DNA of 64,000 nucleotides from an uncultured Thermococci archaeon. Lineage in GTDB: Archaea; Methanobacteriota_B; Thermococci; Methanofastidiosales; Methanofastidiosaceae. This document shows positions 54,793 to 63,423 of this stretch, in pieces. Location: NCBI GenBank assembly GCA_964621955.1, contig CAZUMN010000003.1:175-64174 (forward strand), read 5' to 3'. Within the stretch, counting starts at the first letter, position 1. Each line of letters starts with the position of its first letter. Below the pieces are notes generated by a model. That model was not told the DNA's origin. It saw only the letters and a program-made list of their open reading frames with translations, and searched no databases. The translations under genes were made by a program, and so were the position numbers.

Positions 54793-55500
54793 ATGAGTAA
54801 GGGGAGAGCAAGGCTTGTTGGGATGATTATACTCATAGCCGTACTTATTTTAGTTTCAGGATGTAGTAAACCTAGTGAACAACTCCCTCCTGTTGTAAAA
54901 ACTGACCTTTGTGAGAATGTTCAATGCCCTGACATCTGCAAAGGTGAAGACCGTTGGAGTCAAAAATGTGTGGATGGCGAATGTGTTGATTTTGTAAGAA
55001 TTGAGCCGTGCTCTGAAAAATGTGGTTGTATAACTGATCTCTGCCAGAGGATAAAATGTAATGATCAATGCAGAGGCGAAGACCTTTGGACTTACAAGTG
55101 TGTAAATGGAATATGCTCCTCTGAAAGTGTAAAGGAAAAATGCTCGATTGAATGTGGATGTGCACCCAAGTTTTTCTATAAACTTATCCCAGAAGCAAGA
55201 TACAAAATGCCAGAAGTTGGGATAATTGCAAATGTTTATTCTATAAGGAGTGATCAAGTTATTAGGGCAGTTGTAACATGCAGGAGTTCTTTATGCTCTG
55301 CACCACCTACAGTGTACTACACCAAATTTGAAGATCAATTTGTTCGAAGTGAAGATGAGACTGTTGAGTATTTTGGCACCGCCTGGAAAAATTTTAAAGA
55401 GATGGAAGGAAACGAATTAACAGTAGATGAAGGCGGGACATATATGATAGGTGTCAGTACGGAGTACTATATTGAAGTTGGATTCTTAGAAGACACTTAA
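54793..55500 (+). CDS. Cysteine-rich lipoprotein with an internally duplicated ~45-aa Cys module
   Basis: Lipobox LVSGC. Two copies of the spacing C(x3)C(x2)GED(x1)W(x3)KCV(x1)G(x1)C(x11)C(x3)CGC are visible by eye. Confidence 0.5.
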   Translation: MSKGRARLVGMIILIAVLILVSGCSKPSEQLPPVVKTDLCENVQCPDICKGEDRWSQKCVDGECVDFVRIEPCSEKCGCITDLCQRIKCNDQCRGEDLWTYKCVNGICSSESVKEKCSIECGCAPKFFYKLIPEARYKMPEVGIIANVYSIRSDQVIRAVVTCRSSLCSAPPTVYYTKFEDQFVRSEDETVEYFGTAWKNFKEMEGNELTVDEGGTYMIGVSTEYYIEVGFLEDT

Positions 55501-55511
55501 ATTAATTATGC

Positions 55512-55796
55512 TCATTCGATGATAATTGCATTAACCTTAGCAGACCTCTCGCGTATAATTGCAATCTCTTGATATTCAGTAGAGTTCCACCAAGCCTCAA
55601 ACTTATCTTTTGATTCAAATTCTATGATAACTAGGCGTTCTGGCTTCCAATCACCCTCTATTAAAGAAACTTCTCCATTACGTGTTAGATATCTGCCGCC
55701 AAATTTTTCAACAATTTTTGGTACTTTTTGGGTATATTCTTTATATTTTTCTTTGTCCATAATTTCTTTAGGTTCAACAATCATATAGACTGACAT
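55512..55796 (-). CDS. DUF1330 family protein
   Basis: VYMIVEP...GGRYLTRNG.V.LIEGDW.P.RLVIIEF.S...AWWNS.EYQ matches the DUF1330 consensus. The likely start is the internal Met. Confidence 0.6.
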   Translation of the reverse strand: MSVYMIVEPKEIMDKEKYKEYTQKVPKIVEKFGGRYLTRNGEVSLIEGDWKPERLVIIEFESKDKFEAWWNSTEYQEIAIIRERSAKVNAIIIE

Positions 55797-55818
55797 AATA
55801 ATAACCCAATCTTTTGTA

Positions 55819-56574
55819 TTAGAAATATTTCGAACAAACTGAACAGTCTTCTTTTCTCTTAAAATTAATAGTTTCAAATTCCATACATTTTAAGTCCACA
55901 ATCAGTAGTTTTCCCGATAGAATTTCTCCAACTCCAGTAAGTACTTTAATCACTTCCATAGCTTCAATAGATCCAACTACTCCACACGTTGGCCCGATTA
56001 TCGGGAATATCTCCTTTTTATCCGGCATATTTGGAAACAGGCATTTTATGCATGGTGTTTTTTCAGGAATAATCGTTGTGACCTGCCCATAATATGCTTC
56101 TACGGCCGCATGAACCAGTGGAATTTTTTCTCTTAATGAAAATTCATTTAGGAGATATCTTGTGTGAAAATTATCTAGGCAGTCCACTAACACATCACTT
56201 TGTTTAAACGTTGAAATATTCTTCTCGCCAATCTCCAAAGAAAACGATTTTATTTCTATTGAACTGTTAAGTTGTTCTAGTTTATCCTTAAGCGAAACCG
56301 ATTTATCTTTTTTTCCGATATCTCCTTCAAAATGCATTACCTGTCTATTAAGATTAGAAATTTCAGGTTTTTGAAAATCAATTAGATTTATCTTTCCAAC
56401 TCCACTTGCAGCAAGGTATGTTGCAGTGGGGCATCCTAGGCCCCCACAACCAAATACTGTTATTGTTGACTCTTTTAGAATCTTCTGAGATTTTTCCCCA
56501 AAATCCTTTATGATTAATTGTCTTTTATATCTCTGAATTTCTTTTTCTGAAAGTTCAGTTATTGAATCACCACA
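55819..56574 (-). CDS. MoeB/ThiF/UbaA-family E1-like adenylyltransferase; the reading frame is open to 56574 but has no ATG/GTG/TTG upstream of the Rossmann motif
   Basis: Translation of 56574..56338 on the minus strand gives ...SEKEIQRYKRQLIIKDFGEKSQKILKESTITVFGCGGLGCPTATYLAASGVGKINLIDFQKPEISNLNRQV. This is the E1 nucleotide-binding fold. The C-terminus has CIKC...CSVC zinc motifs. The first in-frame ATG (56337) lies after GxGxxG. Confidence 0.65.
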   Translation of the reverse strand, partial: CGDSITELSEKEIQRYKRQLIIKDFGEKSQKILKESTITVFGCGGLGCPTATYLAASGVGKINLIDFQKPEISNLNRQVMHFEGDIGKKDKSVSLKDKLEQLNSSIEIKSFSLEIGEKNISTFKQSDVLVDCLDNFHTRYLLNEFSLREKIPLVHAAVEAYYGQVTTIIPEKTPCIKCLFPNMPDKKEIFPIIGPTCGVVGSIEAMEVIKVLTGVGEILSGKLLIVDLKCMEFETINFKRKEDCSVCSKYF

Positions 56575-56585
56575 TTAATAATATA

Positions 56586-57215
56586 TTACCTTTTTAGGAT
56601 AGATAAGACTTTACCCTTCTTAAAGAATACTCTTGCACTTTTATCTAATATTACATTCCTCAATGTTAGAGTTTGGCCCATTTCAACTTTAACGTTTGTG
56701 AGATTATACTTGCTTCCTTCGATATTTAGATTTTCAACTATTTCAGAGACTGGTATGAGGGATAGTTCATGGCCCTGTTTCTCAAGGTATTCTTTCTCTG
56801 AATTTATTAATTCAATCTCATATTTTTGAGTAAGGAGCTTTGACCTAATCCCGATTTTATCGATTTTAAAAAGTAAAAATAGATTTCCTAATGCATGGTC
56901 AAGCTCTTCCTTGAAACTGCCAAGGATTACAAGTTCGTTTGACCCCAAGGAAATAGCATAGTCAACTGCAAGCTCTCCGTCAGTCTTGTCCTTTTCAGTG
57001 GGGAATGAAATGATTTTGATTCCTTTTGATTTTGCTTCTTTAAGCTCTTCAGATGTTATTGAATCAAAGTCACCAATAAGAACATCAATATCCAGACCCA
57101 TTTTTTTAGCAGTTCTATAACCACCGTCTGATGCCAATATAAAATCAAAACTATCTTCTAGGCAGCAAGGCTCAGACTCGCTTAGTATTACCAGTGTTTT
57201 CTTATTTGAAGGCAT
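56586..57215 (-). CDS. Thiamine pyrophosphokinase
   Basis: GDFDS catalytic motif and EKDKTDGELAVDYAI. Confidence 0.75.
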   Translation of the reverse strand: MPSNKKTLVILSESEPCCLEDSFDFILASDGGYRTAKKMGLDIDVLIGDFDSITSEELKEAKSKGIKIISFPTEKDKTDGELAVDYAISLGSNELVILGSFKEELDHALGNLFLLFKIDKIGIRSKLLTQKYEIELINSEKEYLEKQGHELSLIPVSEIVENLNIEGSKYNLTNVKVEMGQTLTLRNVILDKSARVFFKKGKVLSILKR

Positions 57216-57723
57216 CTATTAACTTCTTTTTCGACAGTATATAAATAAATATCGCTGTTACGACAAGTTCAGGTAATAAATAAGAGCCGTTATAGATTGC
57301 CGAGTAATAAACTGGATTGATACCTTCAGGTGCATACATGCCAAAGAATATGAATCCTGAAAGGAAGTGGCAAACAAATCTCAAGGCAACTCCAACGCTT
57401 GCCCCAATGAATGGATATCTCTTTATGAATGTGGCAATACCGAGAACTCCAAATGCAAGAGGGTAATCCAAAAGGAATTGTGCCGGATGAACAAAGAAAG
57501 GCTCAATCATAAACTGAACAACGCCATAAAGGATGGACCCCGTAAGTGCAACTTTTGGTCTGTTTCTTAGCGCTAAAAAAATTATTGGAATCATACTTCC
57601 TGCTGTAATCGATCCACCTTGGGGTAATTGAAAAACTTTGATAAAACTGAGAACTGTGGACAGTGCTATGGTGATAGCCATTTCAGATATCTCTCTGGCT
57701 GTGAATATATTTTTATGTTCCAT
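57202..57723 (-). CDS. ECF-transporter S component, ThiT-like (putative thiamine uptake)
   Basis: 173 aa, about 6 TM. The start TAREISEMAITIALSTVLSFIKVFQLPQGGSI is ThiT-like. Co-oriented with the TPK gene. Confidence 0.55.
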   Translation of the reverse strand: MEHKNIFTAREISEMAITIALSTVLSFIKVFQLPQGGSITAGSMIPIIFLALRNRPKVALTGSILYGVVQFMIEPFFVHPAQFLLDYPLAFGVLGIATFIKRYPFIGASVGVALRFVCHFLSGFIFFGMYAPEGINPVYYSAIYNGSYLLPELVVTAIFIYILSKKKLIDAFK

Positions 57724-57770
57724 AATCTAAACCTTTTGATTTATTAGAAAACAGTATTTAACTTTATCGA

Positions 57771-58322
57771 TTAGACTGAGTTTGACATTTCTTGGTATGA
57801 AGTTTCCTTTTTGTCAGATTTTATTATCTCAAAAAGTCTTGCCACGCCATCAATATCCTTTATCACTTCAGCTGTCGCCTTAGGCACTAGGCTCTCCCAG
57901 TCCCCTTTGTTTAGGATCCTGTTTCTTATCTCTTCTCCAGAGTAAACAGTCCTTTTATAGAATTCAGGCCCTCTCACATCATAGGAAGATTCTTTGAATA
58001 GTCTGACTGTTACAGGTTCGTTAGCATAGACTACATCAAAAGGAGGTGTGATTGTTTCAACATGCTTTACCCACAATGCATTTCTATATATGTCTGGTAC
58101 AGGTAGAATATGAACTCGTCTAAGGTCAACACCTTCAGTTTCCAATGTTTTTTTAATCATTAGAAATCTTTCACCTGCAGTAAAAGGATTTTGTATTGTG
58201 TGTGAAACTTGTGAACTTCCTATAGCTATGATAACTTCTTTAGAGGACTCTAGTATGTACTTCACAACATGAAGATGTCCAAGATGAAACGGCTGGAATC
58301 TGCCTATGTATAGCGCCCTCAT
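57771..58322 (-). CDS. nadM: Nicotinamide-nucleotide adenylyltransferase, archaeal NadM type
   Basis: MRALYIGRFQPFHLGHL nucleotidyltransferase HxGH motif. Confidence 0.85.
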   Translation of the reverse strand: MRALYIGRFQPFHLGHLHVVKYILESSKEVIIAIGSSQVSHTIQNPFTAGERFLMIKKTLETEGVDLRRVHILPVPDIYRNALWVKHVETITPPFDVVYANEPVTVRLFKESSYDVRGPEFYKRTVYSGEEIRNRILNKGDWESLVPKATAEVIKDIDGVARLFEIIKSDKKETSYQEMSNSV

Positions 58323-58413
58323 AAATCCTCACTTCTCTTGAGATTATTTAAACTTATGCTACCCAAAGGTTTATAATTGTTGTTTTTTAGATTCAAGTAT
58401 AGATAATATTGAG

Positions 58414-58776
58414 GTGGTATTTTTGCAGAATATTCCGGAAAATATACAACAGGAACTAATGCAATTTCAACAGTTGCAGAGTCAGTATCAAATAATAGTA
58501 AACCAATTACAATCCTTGAAATTGGAAATTAACGAGACAGAGGCAGCATTGGCCGAACTTTCAAAAACTGAAAATCCAGTTGTTTACAAGAGTATTGGTA
58601 GCATTCTAGTTAAATCTGAAAAAGCAGATATGTTGGATGATCTTAACAAAAAAAAGGAGTCCATCGGTATCCGGATTACTACTATCGAGAAACAAGAAGA
58701 TAGAGTGAAAAAGAAGCTTGAAGAGATGCAGAAAAATCTTCAGAAGGCTTTAGGTGGACAACCTACATCAGGCTAA
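58414..58776 (+). CDS. pfdB: Prefoldin beta subunit (GTG start)
   Basis: QQLQSQYQIIVNQLQSLKLEINETEAALAEL coiled-coil prefoldin-beta pattern. 120 aa. Confidence 0.8.
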   Translation: MVFLQNIPENIQQELMQFQQLQSQYQIIVNQLQSLKLEINETEAALAELSKTENPVVYKSIGSILVKSEKADMLDDLNKKKESIGIRITTIEKQEDRVKKKLEEMQKNLQKALGGQPTSG

Positions 58777-58806
58777 AGCTTTGATAAATTTGTTGAGAAT
58801 GAATAA

Positions 58807-59871
58807 ATGTTAAGTAATGTAGAGTATACTAGATTAATGGAAATTTTATTGCGACAAGACCAATATATAATACTTCTTCATCAAAACGCGGACCCTGATG
58901 CCATAGGCAGTGCAATTGCTTTAAAGGAATTGCTAAAATCCCAAGGCAAAAATGTAATGATTGGGACTGAGACATTAAATAATTTGTCAAAGAATTTGAT
59001 TTCTAGTCTTGGAGATTTTATCGTCACAGCTCCGACCGATCATAAAAATCTGATAATCCTTGACACATCTACTCCCGTACAGCTTGGGATTTTTGAGAGC
59101 ATGATTGAGAAAGCTGAAGTAGTTATATCAATTGATCACCATGAGACATTTGAAACAAACAAATTCAAGGGAACTAAATACACGTATTTCATTAACAAGG
59201 AACGGACTTCGACAGCTGAAATTATATTTGATATTATGCTCAAAATGAAAGACGAAGGATTACTCGATAAAGAAAATACAAACTGCGATAAGATCATTCG
59301 TGCCATACTCACCGGTATTGTCACTGATACAGGGCACATGAGATTTTCTGATGTAAATACTTTGAAAACTTTGATTCATATTTTCAAAAGGGGATATCAC
59401 ATATCTGATGTCGATGAACTGTTAAGAGTTGAAGATGACATATCGAAGAAGATAGCTATCCTAAAGGCCCACCAAAGAATGAAACTTTATAGTGTTTCTG
59501 ATTTCATCGTTGCAACTTCTAATGTTTCAAGCTGCGAGGCGCTTGCAGCAAAATCTATCCTTTCAACTGGAGCAGATGTTGCATTTGTCGGTGCAGACAA
59601 TGGAAGTGAGGTCAGGATAAGTGGCCGGGCTAAAAAATCAGTCATTGATAAAGGAATTAATCTTGCCAAGATAATGTCTCAAGTAGCTCCAGTAATTGGC
59701 GGTGAAGGTGGTGGCCACAAAGGTGCTGCCGGTGCCAACGGTAAATCTAACATGGAAGAAGGATTAAAAAAATGTGTAGAGCTTTTTGTTCAAGACCTTG
59801 GGGGTCATGGCGATGGAGAAAGTTTGGAGTATACTGAAGAGGCAGAAATACAGGATTGTTGGGGAACATAG
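58807..59871 (+). CDS. DHH/DHHA1-family phosphoesterase (NrnA/RecJ-like)
   Basis: HQNADPDAIGSA and ISIDHHE DHH motifs. The DHHA1 GGGH motif is near the C-terminus. Confidence 0.8.
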   Translation: MLSNVEYTRLMEILLRQDQYIILLHQNADPDAIGSAIALKELLKSQGKNVMIGTETLNNLSKNLISSLGDFIVTAPTDHKNLIILDTSTPVQLGIFESMIEKAEVVISIDHHETFETNKFKGTKYTYFINKERTSTAEIIFDIMLKMKDEGLLDKENTNCDKIIRAILTGIVTDTGHMRFSDVNTLKTLIHIFKRGYHISDVDELLRVEDDISKKIAILKAHQRMKLYSVSDFIVATSNVSSCEALAAKSILSTGADVAFVGADNGSEVRISGRAKKSVIDKGINLAKIMSQVAPVIGGEGGGHKGAAGANGKSNMEEGLKKCVELFVQDLGGHGDGESLEYTEEAEIQDCWGT

Positions 59872-60721
59872 TGCAGTAAAAATATGCCACTGGACAAAAA
59901 AAAGTTTGACTGAAGGCAGAGTTTGCTATAAACAAAGATTCTATGGAATTGAAAGCCATAGATGTCTTCAGATGACTCCTTCTGTTGCATGGTGTACGCA
60001 CAAGTGTTTATTCTGTTGGCGTCCAGTTGAATATAACGAAGACACTCCTTCTAGATATGATGATCCAGAAACTATAATTGAAGGATGCATAGAGGCGCAA
60101 AGAGAACTCCTCTCAGGTTATCACGGATTTCTTGAAAAGGTCGATATTAATAAACTGAAAGAAGCAGAAGATCCAACAAATGTTGCAATTTCTCTTGCCG
60201 GTGAACCTACTCTTTATCCAGATATATCTGGATTAATTGATGGATTTAAAAAAAGAAATTTCTCAACATTTCTCGTGACAAACGGAACAACTCCGGAAGT
60301 TCTCGCTTCAATGGTCACTTATCCCGATAATCTTTACATCACATTGCCAGCACCCACAAAAGAAACTTATGAAAGGGTATGTAATCCACAGATTAAGAAT
60401 GGTTGGGAAAAACTAAACGAATCTTTAGAGCTTCTGACAAAGATTAAAACAAAAAGAAGAATCTTAAGACTCACCCTTGTTAAGGATTTTAATATGGCAG
60501 ATATTGATGAATACTCAAAACTTATAGAAAAGGCGAATCCTGATTTTATCGAGGCTAAAGCTTACATGTTTGTTGGTTATTCAAGAAAGAGACTTGAAGT
60601 AGAAAACATGCCGATGTTTGATGATATATTAGAATTCTCTAAAGAACTGGGAGAAAAATCAGGCTATCGGGTAGTTGATTCTGCACCGGAATCAAGAGTT
60701 GCCTTATTATCTAGGGATTGA
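59807..60721 (+). CDS. taw1: tRNA 4-demethylwyosine synthase (Taw1/TYW1-type radical SAM)
   Basis: YRIVGEHSAVKICHWTKKSL...CTHKCLFCWR is the Taw1 signature. It overlaps the 3' end of the DHH gene by about 65 nt. Confidence 0.85.
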   Translation: MAMEKVWSILKRQKYRIVGEHSAVKICHWTKKSLTEGRVCYKQRFYGIESHRCLQMTPSVAWCTHKCLFCWRPVEYNEDTPSRYDDPETIIEGCIEAQRELLSGYHGFLEKVDINKLKEAEDPTNVAISLAGEPTLYPDISGLIDGFKKRNFSTFLVTNGTTPEVLASMVTYPDNLYITLPAPTKETYERVCNPQIKNGWEKLNESLELLTKIKTKRRILRLTLVKDFNMADIDEYSKLIEKANPDFIEAKAYMFVGYSRKRLEVENMPMFDDILEFSKELGEKSGYRVVDSAPESRVALLSRD

Positions 60722-60770
60722 GCCTATAAGTTAATCTTATATACAATATTTCATACATTTGGCTGGTGTT

Positions 60771-61190
60771 ATGGGGGGCGTAATTTTAACTGGCATAGAA
60801 GCCAAAAGATTTATCAGAGTCGACGAAGGATCGCCATCTGTTAGTATTTCAAGTAACTTGACCTTAACTGATGCTTATAGTAGTAACAATAACAATATTT
60901 TTATCGAATTTGTTTTCTGTTGCAATTACACCCCTAACGTATGCTCCCTTAAAATTGAGGGCGTTTTTATTTACGATGGGCCTGAGAAAGAAGAAATACT
61001 CAACGAGTGGAAAGAAAAGAAGAGGCTAGATACTGGTAAATTCCTTTTTATCCACAATGCAATACTCTATAGGTGTTTTGTTGAGGCGGTAGGTGTTTCT
61101 AGTGATATAAATGTTCCATCTCCCGTTTCAATGCCTTCTGTTTCGCCAAAGAGAGAAGTTGATCCTGGAGAGGGGATAGTTTATGGGTAA
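60771..61190 (+). CDS. Hypothetical protein (about 139 aa) immediately upstream of, and overlapping, SepRS
   Basis: ORF only; no motif recognised. Confidence 0.35.
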   Translation: MGGVILTGIEAKRFIRVDEGSPSVSISSNLTLTDAYSSNNNNIFIEFVFCCNYTPNVCSLKIEGVFIYDGPEKEEILNEWKEKKRLDTGKFLFIHNAILYRCFVEAVGVSSDINVPSPVSMPSVSPKREVDPGEGIVYG

Positions 61191-62625
61191 GCCACATATT
61201 TTAGAAGAAACGATATCTATTCTTAGGAATATTTATCTTGACCTTGATTTTGATGAGGTATTCAATCCTCTGTTCATAACTGACGATGATATGTATAAAC
61301 AGTGGGGTTCAGAGACTCCCGCTATACTAGATAGGGTATATTATCTTGCCGGGCTTCCAAGGCCCAATGTAGGCCTTTCAAAGGAAGTCAAAGATAAGAT
61401 ATCCCAGTTTGTAGAACTCGATGAAAGAAGGAGTAGAAATCTTGAAAGAACTCTACAAGATTATAAGAGGGGAACAATAGAAGGCGACGATTTTGTTGAG
61501 GCAATCTCTAAAGGATTGGGGATTGAGTTCGAAGCAGCCGAAAAAGTATTAGATCTTTTCAAGGAATTTAAAGAGTTAATTCCAGTTCCTACAAATCTCA
61601 CTTTAAGGTCCCATATGACATCTGGCTGGTTTATTACTTTACAAGCACTTGCCGGTAGAAGCGAACTACCTTTAAAGTTATTTTCAATTGACAGATGTTT
61701 TAGGCGTGAGCAGCGTGAAGATCAGACTCATCTTAGGAGCCATTTCTCTGCGTCTTGCGTTGTGATGGACAAGGAAATTACTCCTGAGTTAGGAAAAGAA
61801 ATAGTCACAAATTTCACAGAAAAACTCGGCTTTGACAAAGTAAAATTTAAGGTCAAAAAGAGAAGTGCAAGTTATTACGAAGCTGGAACAGAACACGAAG
61901 CTTTTATCAAATTAGGTGATTGGATAGAGATAGCTGACTTTGGATTATACTCCAAAGATGTTTTGAAAGGATACAAAATACCATATGATGTCTTGAATAT
62001 TGGGCAGGGTGCAGAAAGAATATCCATGATCCGAAGTGGTGTAAATGATATTCGTGAACTTATATATCCACAGTTCTACAAAGTTGACTTTTCCGATCAA
62101 GATATTGCAAAGTCTATCGAGTTTGTTCAGGATATAAAAACATCAGAAGGAGAAAAACTATTGAAAGTTTTAATTGAAACCGCAAGACAAAACAAAGATG
62201 TATCATCGCCATGTGAATTTACTTCATACAAAGGAGATTTCTTAGGCAGAAAAATAGAAGTAATGATCGTCGAACCTGAGGAGAATACTAAATTAATTGG
62301 GCCTGCAGGATTCAATCAGATTTACGTCTTAGAAAAGGCCATGGTCGGAATACTCCCAGACTCTAAAGATGAAAACTCTTTAAATATAATAAAAAATGGG
62401 GTCGATACCAAAATTTCATATCTTGAAGCTTTCTTTAGAAAAGTTGTTTCAAAAATAGAGGCAACAAAAGAGCCTGGCGAATATGAAGAAAGAATCCCTA
62501 TAGTCAGAAGCATTTCTGATATCAATGTCTCTCTTCCGACATATATTCATCAGTATCTAAGGGGTAAAGGCAAGATAGACATCAGAGGTCCAGTATTTAC
62601 AACTGTAAGGTGGAAAGTACTCTAA
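61183..62625 (+). CDS. sepS: O-phosphoseryl-tRNA(Cys) synthetase (SepRS)
   Basis: Recalled SepRS signatures include NPLxxxDxxxxKQxG, TLRSHMTTGWFITL, LPxKLFSIDRCFRREQxED, SPCxFxxxxGxxxGRxxxVxxVExEENTKLxGPA, and GKIDxRGPxF. This protein has TLRSHMTSGWFITL, LFSIDRCFRREQRED and SPCEFTSYKGDFLGRKIEVMIVEPEENTKLIGPA. Confidence 0.88.
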   Translation: MGKPHILEETISILRNIYLDLDFDEVFNPLFITDDDMYKQWGSETPAILDRVYYLAGLPRPNVGLSKEVKDKISQFVELDERRSRNLERTLQDYKRGTIEGDDFVEAISKGLGIEFEAAEKVLDLFKEFKELIPVPTNLTLRSHMTSGWFITLQALAGRSELPLKLFSIDRCFRREQREDQTHLRSHFSASCVVMDKEITPELGKEIVTNFTEKLGFDKVKFKVKKRSASYYEAGTEHEAFIKLGDWIEIADFGLYSKDVLKGYKIPYDVLNIGQGAERISMIRSGVNDIRELIYPQFYKVDFSDQDIAKSIEFVQDIKTSEGEKLLKVLIETARQNKDVSSPCEFTSYKGDFLGRKIEVMIVEPEENTKLIGPAGFNQIYVLEKAMVGILPDSKDENSLNIIKNGVDTKISYLEAFFRKVVSKIEATKEPGEYEERIPIVRSISDINVSLPTYIHQYLRGKGKIDIRGPVFTTVRWKVL

Positions 62626-62669
62626 TAAATTTTTTATTTAAAAATAGTATAATAGAAAATTAAATAAAA

Positions 62670-62993
62670 TTAAATATTTCTTTCTATTCTTTTTATGAGC
62701 TCTTCTTTAGGCACGAAACCAATTATCGTGTCGAATACTTTCCCGTCTCTAAATATAGCAATTGTTGGTATGCTTCTAATCCCATATCTCTGAGCTACTG
62801 ACATACTTTTGTCAACATCCAACTTACCAATCTTCCACTCTGGATGTTCTCCTGCAACCTCTTCAATAACGGGAGCAATCATTTGACATGGGCCACACCA
62901 GGTTGCCCAAAAATCAACAACGACAGGTTTGCTACTCTTTAATACTTCCTGATCAAAATTTGAATCTGTTAGCTCGATTGTATTCTTACCCAT
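62670..62993 (-). CDS. trx: Thioredoxin
   Basis: WATWCGPCQ active site. 107 aa. Confidence 0.9.
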   Translation of the reverse strand: MGKNTIELTDSNFDQEVLKSSKPVVVDFWATWCGPCQMIAPVIEEVAGEHPEWKIGKLDVDKSMSVAQRYGIRSIPTIAIFRDGKVFDTIIGFVPKEELIKRIERNI

Positions 62994-63065
62994 CTAATTC
63001 ACCTAAATCTAAAAAGAGAATAATTACTTAAAAATCTTTGGTGTGATATTTTTTTCATATAATGA

Positions 63066-63416
63066 TTAAATTGATTTAACGGATTCCTGAAGGTCACTGT
63101 ACCATTTATCAATACTTGCCAGAACTTTCTTTCTAATCCCTTCACGTTCTAAGGATTTATACACAAAGTACCGCCCTCTTTTTCCTTGAACACAGCATTT
63201 AGATTCTCTAAAAATTAGCTCTTTATCTACTAAAATCTTCAAAGATTTTTGGATAGTCGTTCTATCTTTTTTTAAAATATTTTGGATTTCTTTAACTCTC
63301 ATTCCTTCAGGCGGAAGCATCAGTGTTATACTCACTTCAAGGTCTGTTAGATCAAAGGCACACCTTAGAATTTTTTTTATTTCTGTGCTGCTTTTTATTG
63401 TCGGTAATTCTTCCAT
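63066..63416 (-). CDS. Winged-helix transcriptional regulator (MarR/TrmB-like)
   Basis: VKEIQNILKKDRTTIQKSLKILVDKELI recognition-helix pattern. Confidence 0.45.
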   Translation of the reverse strand: MEELPTIKSSTEIKKILRCAFDLTDLEVSITLMLPPEGMRVKEIQNILKKDRTTIQKSLKILVDKELIFRESKCCVQGKRGRYFVYKSLEREGIRKKVLASIDKWYSDLQESVKSI

Positions 63417-63423
63417 AGGATCA

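Noticed and set aside
59871-59880. Possible fusion of the DHH phosphoesterase and Taw1 (ORFs overlap by about 65-85 nt)
   Set aside because: They are in different frames with no obvious frameshift signal, and each protein is complete on its own (DHHA1 GGGH end; Taw1 N-terminus matches family starts). It is treated as a simple overlap, with the Taw1 start set at 59807.
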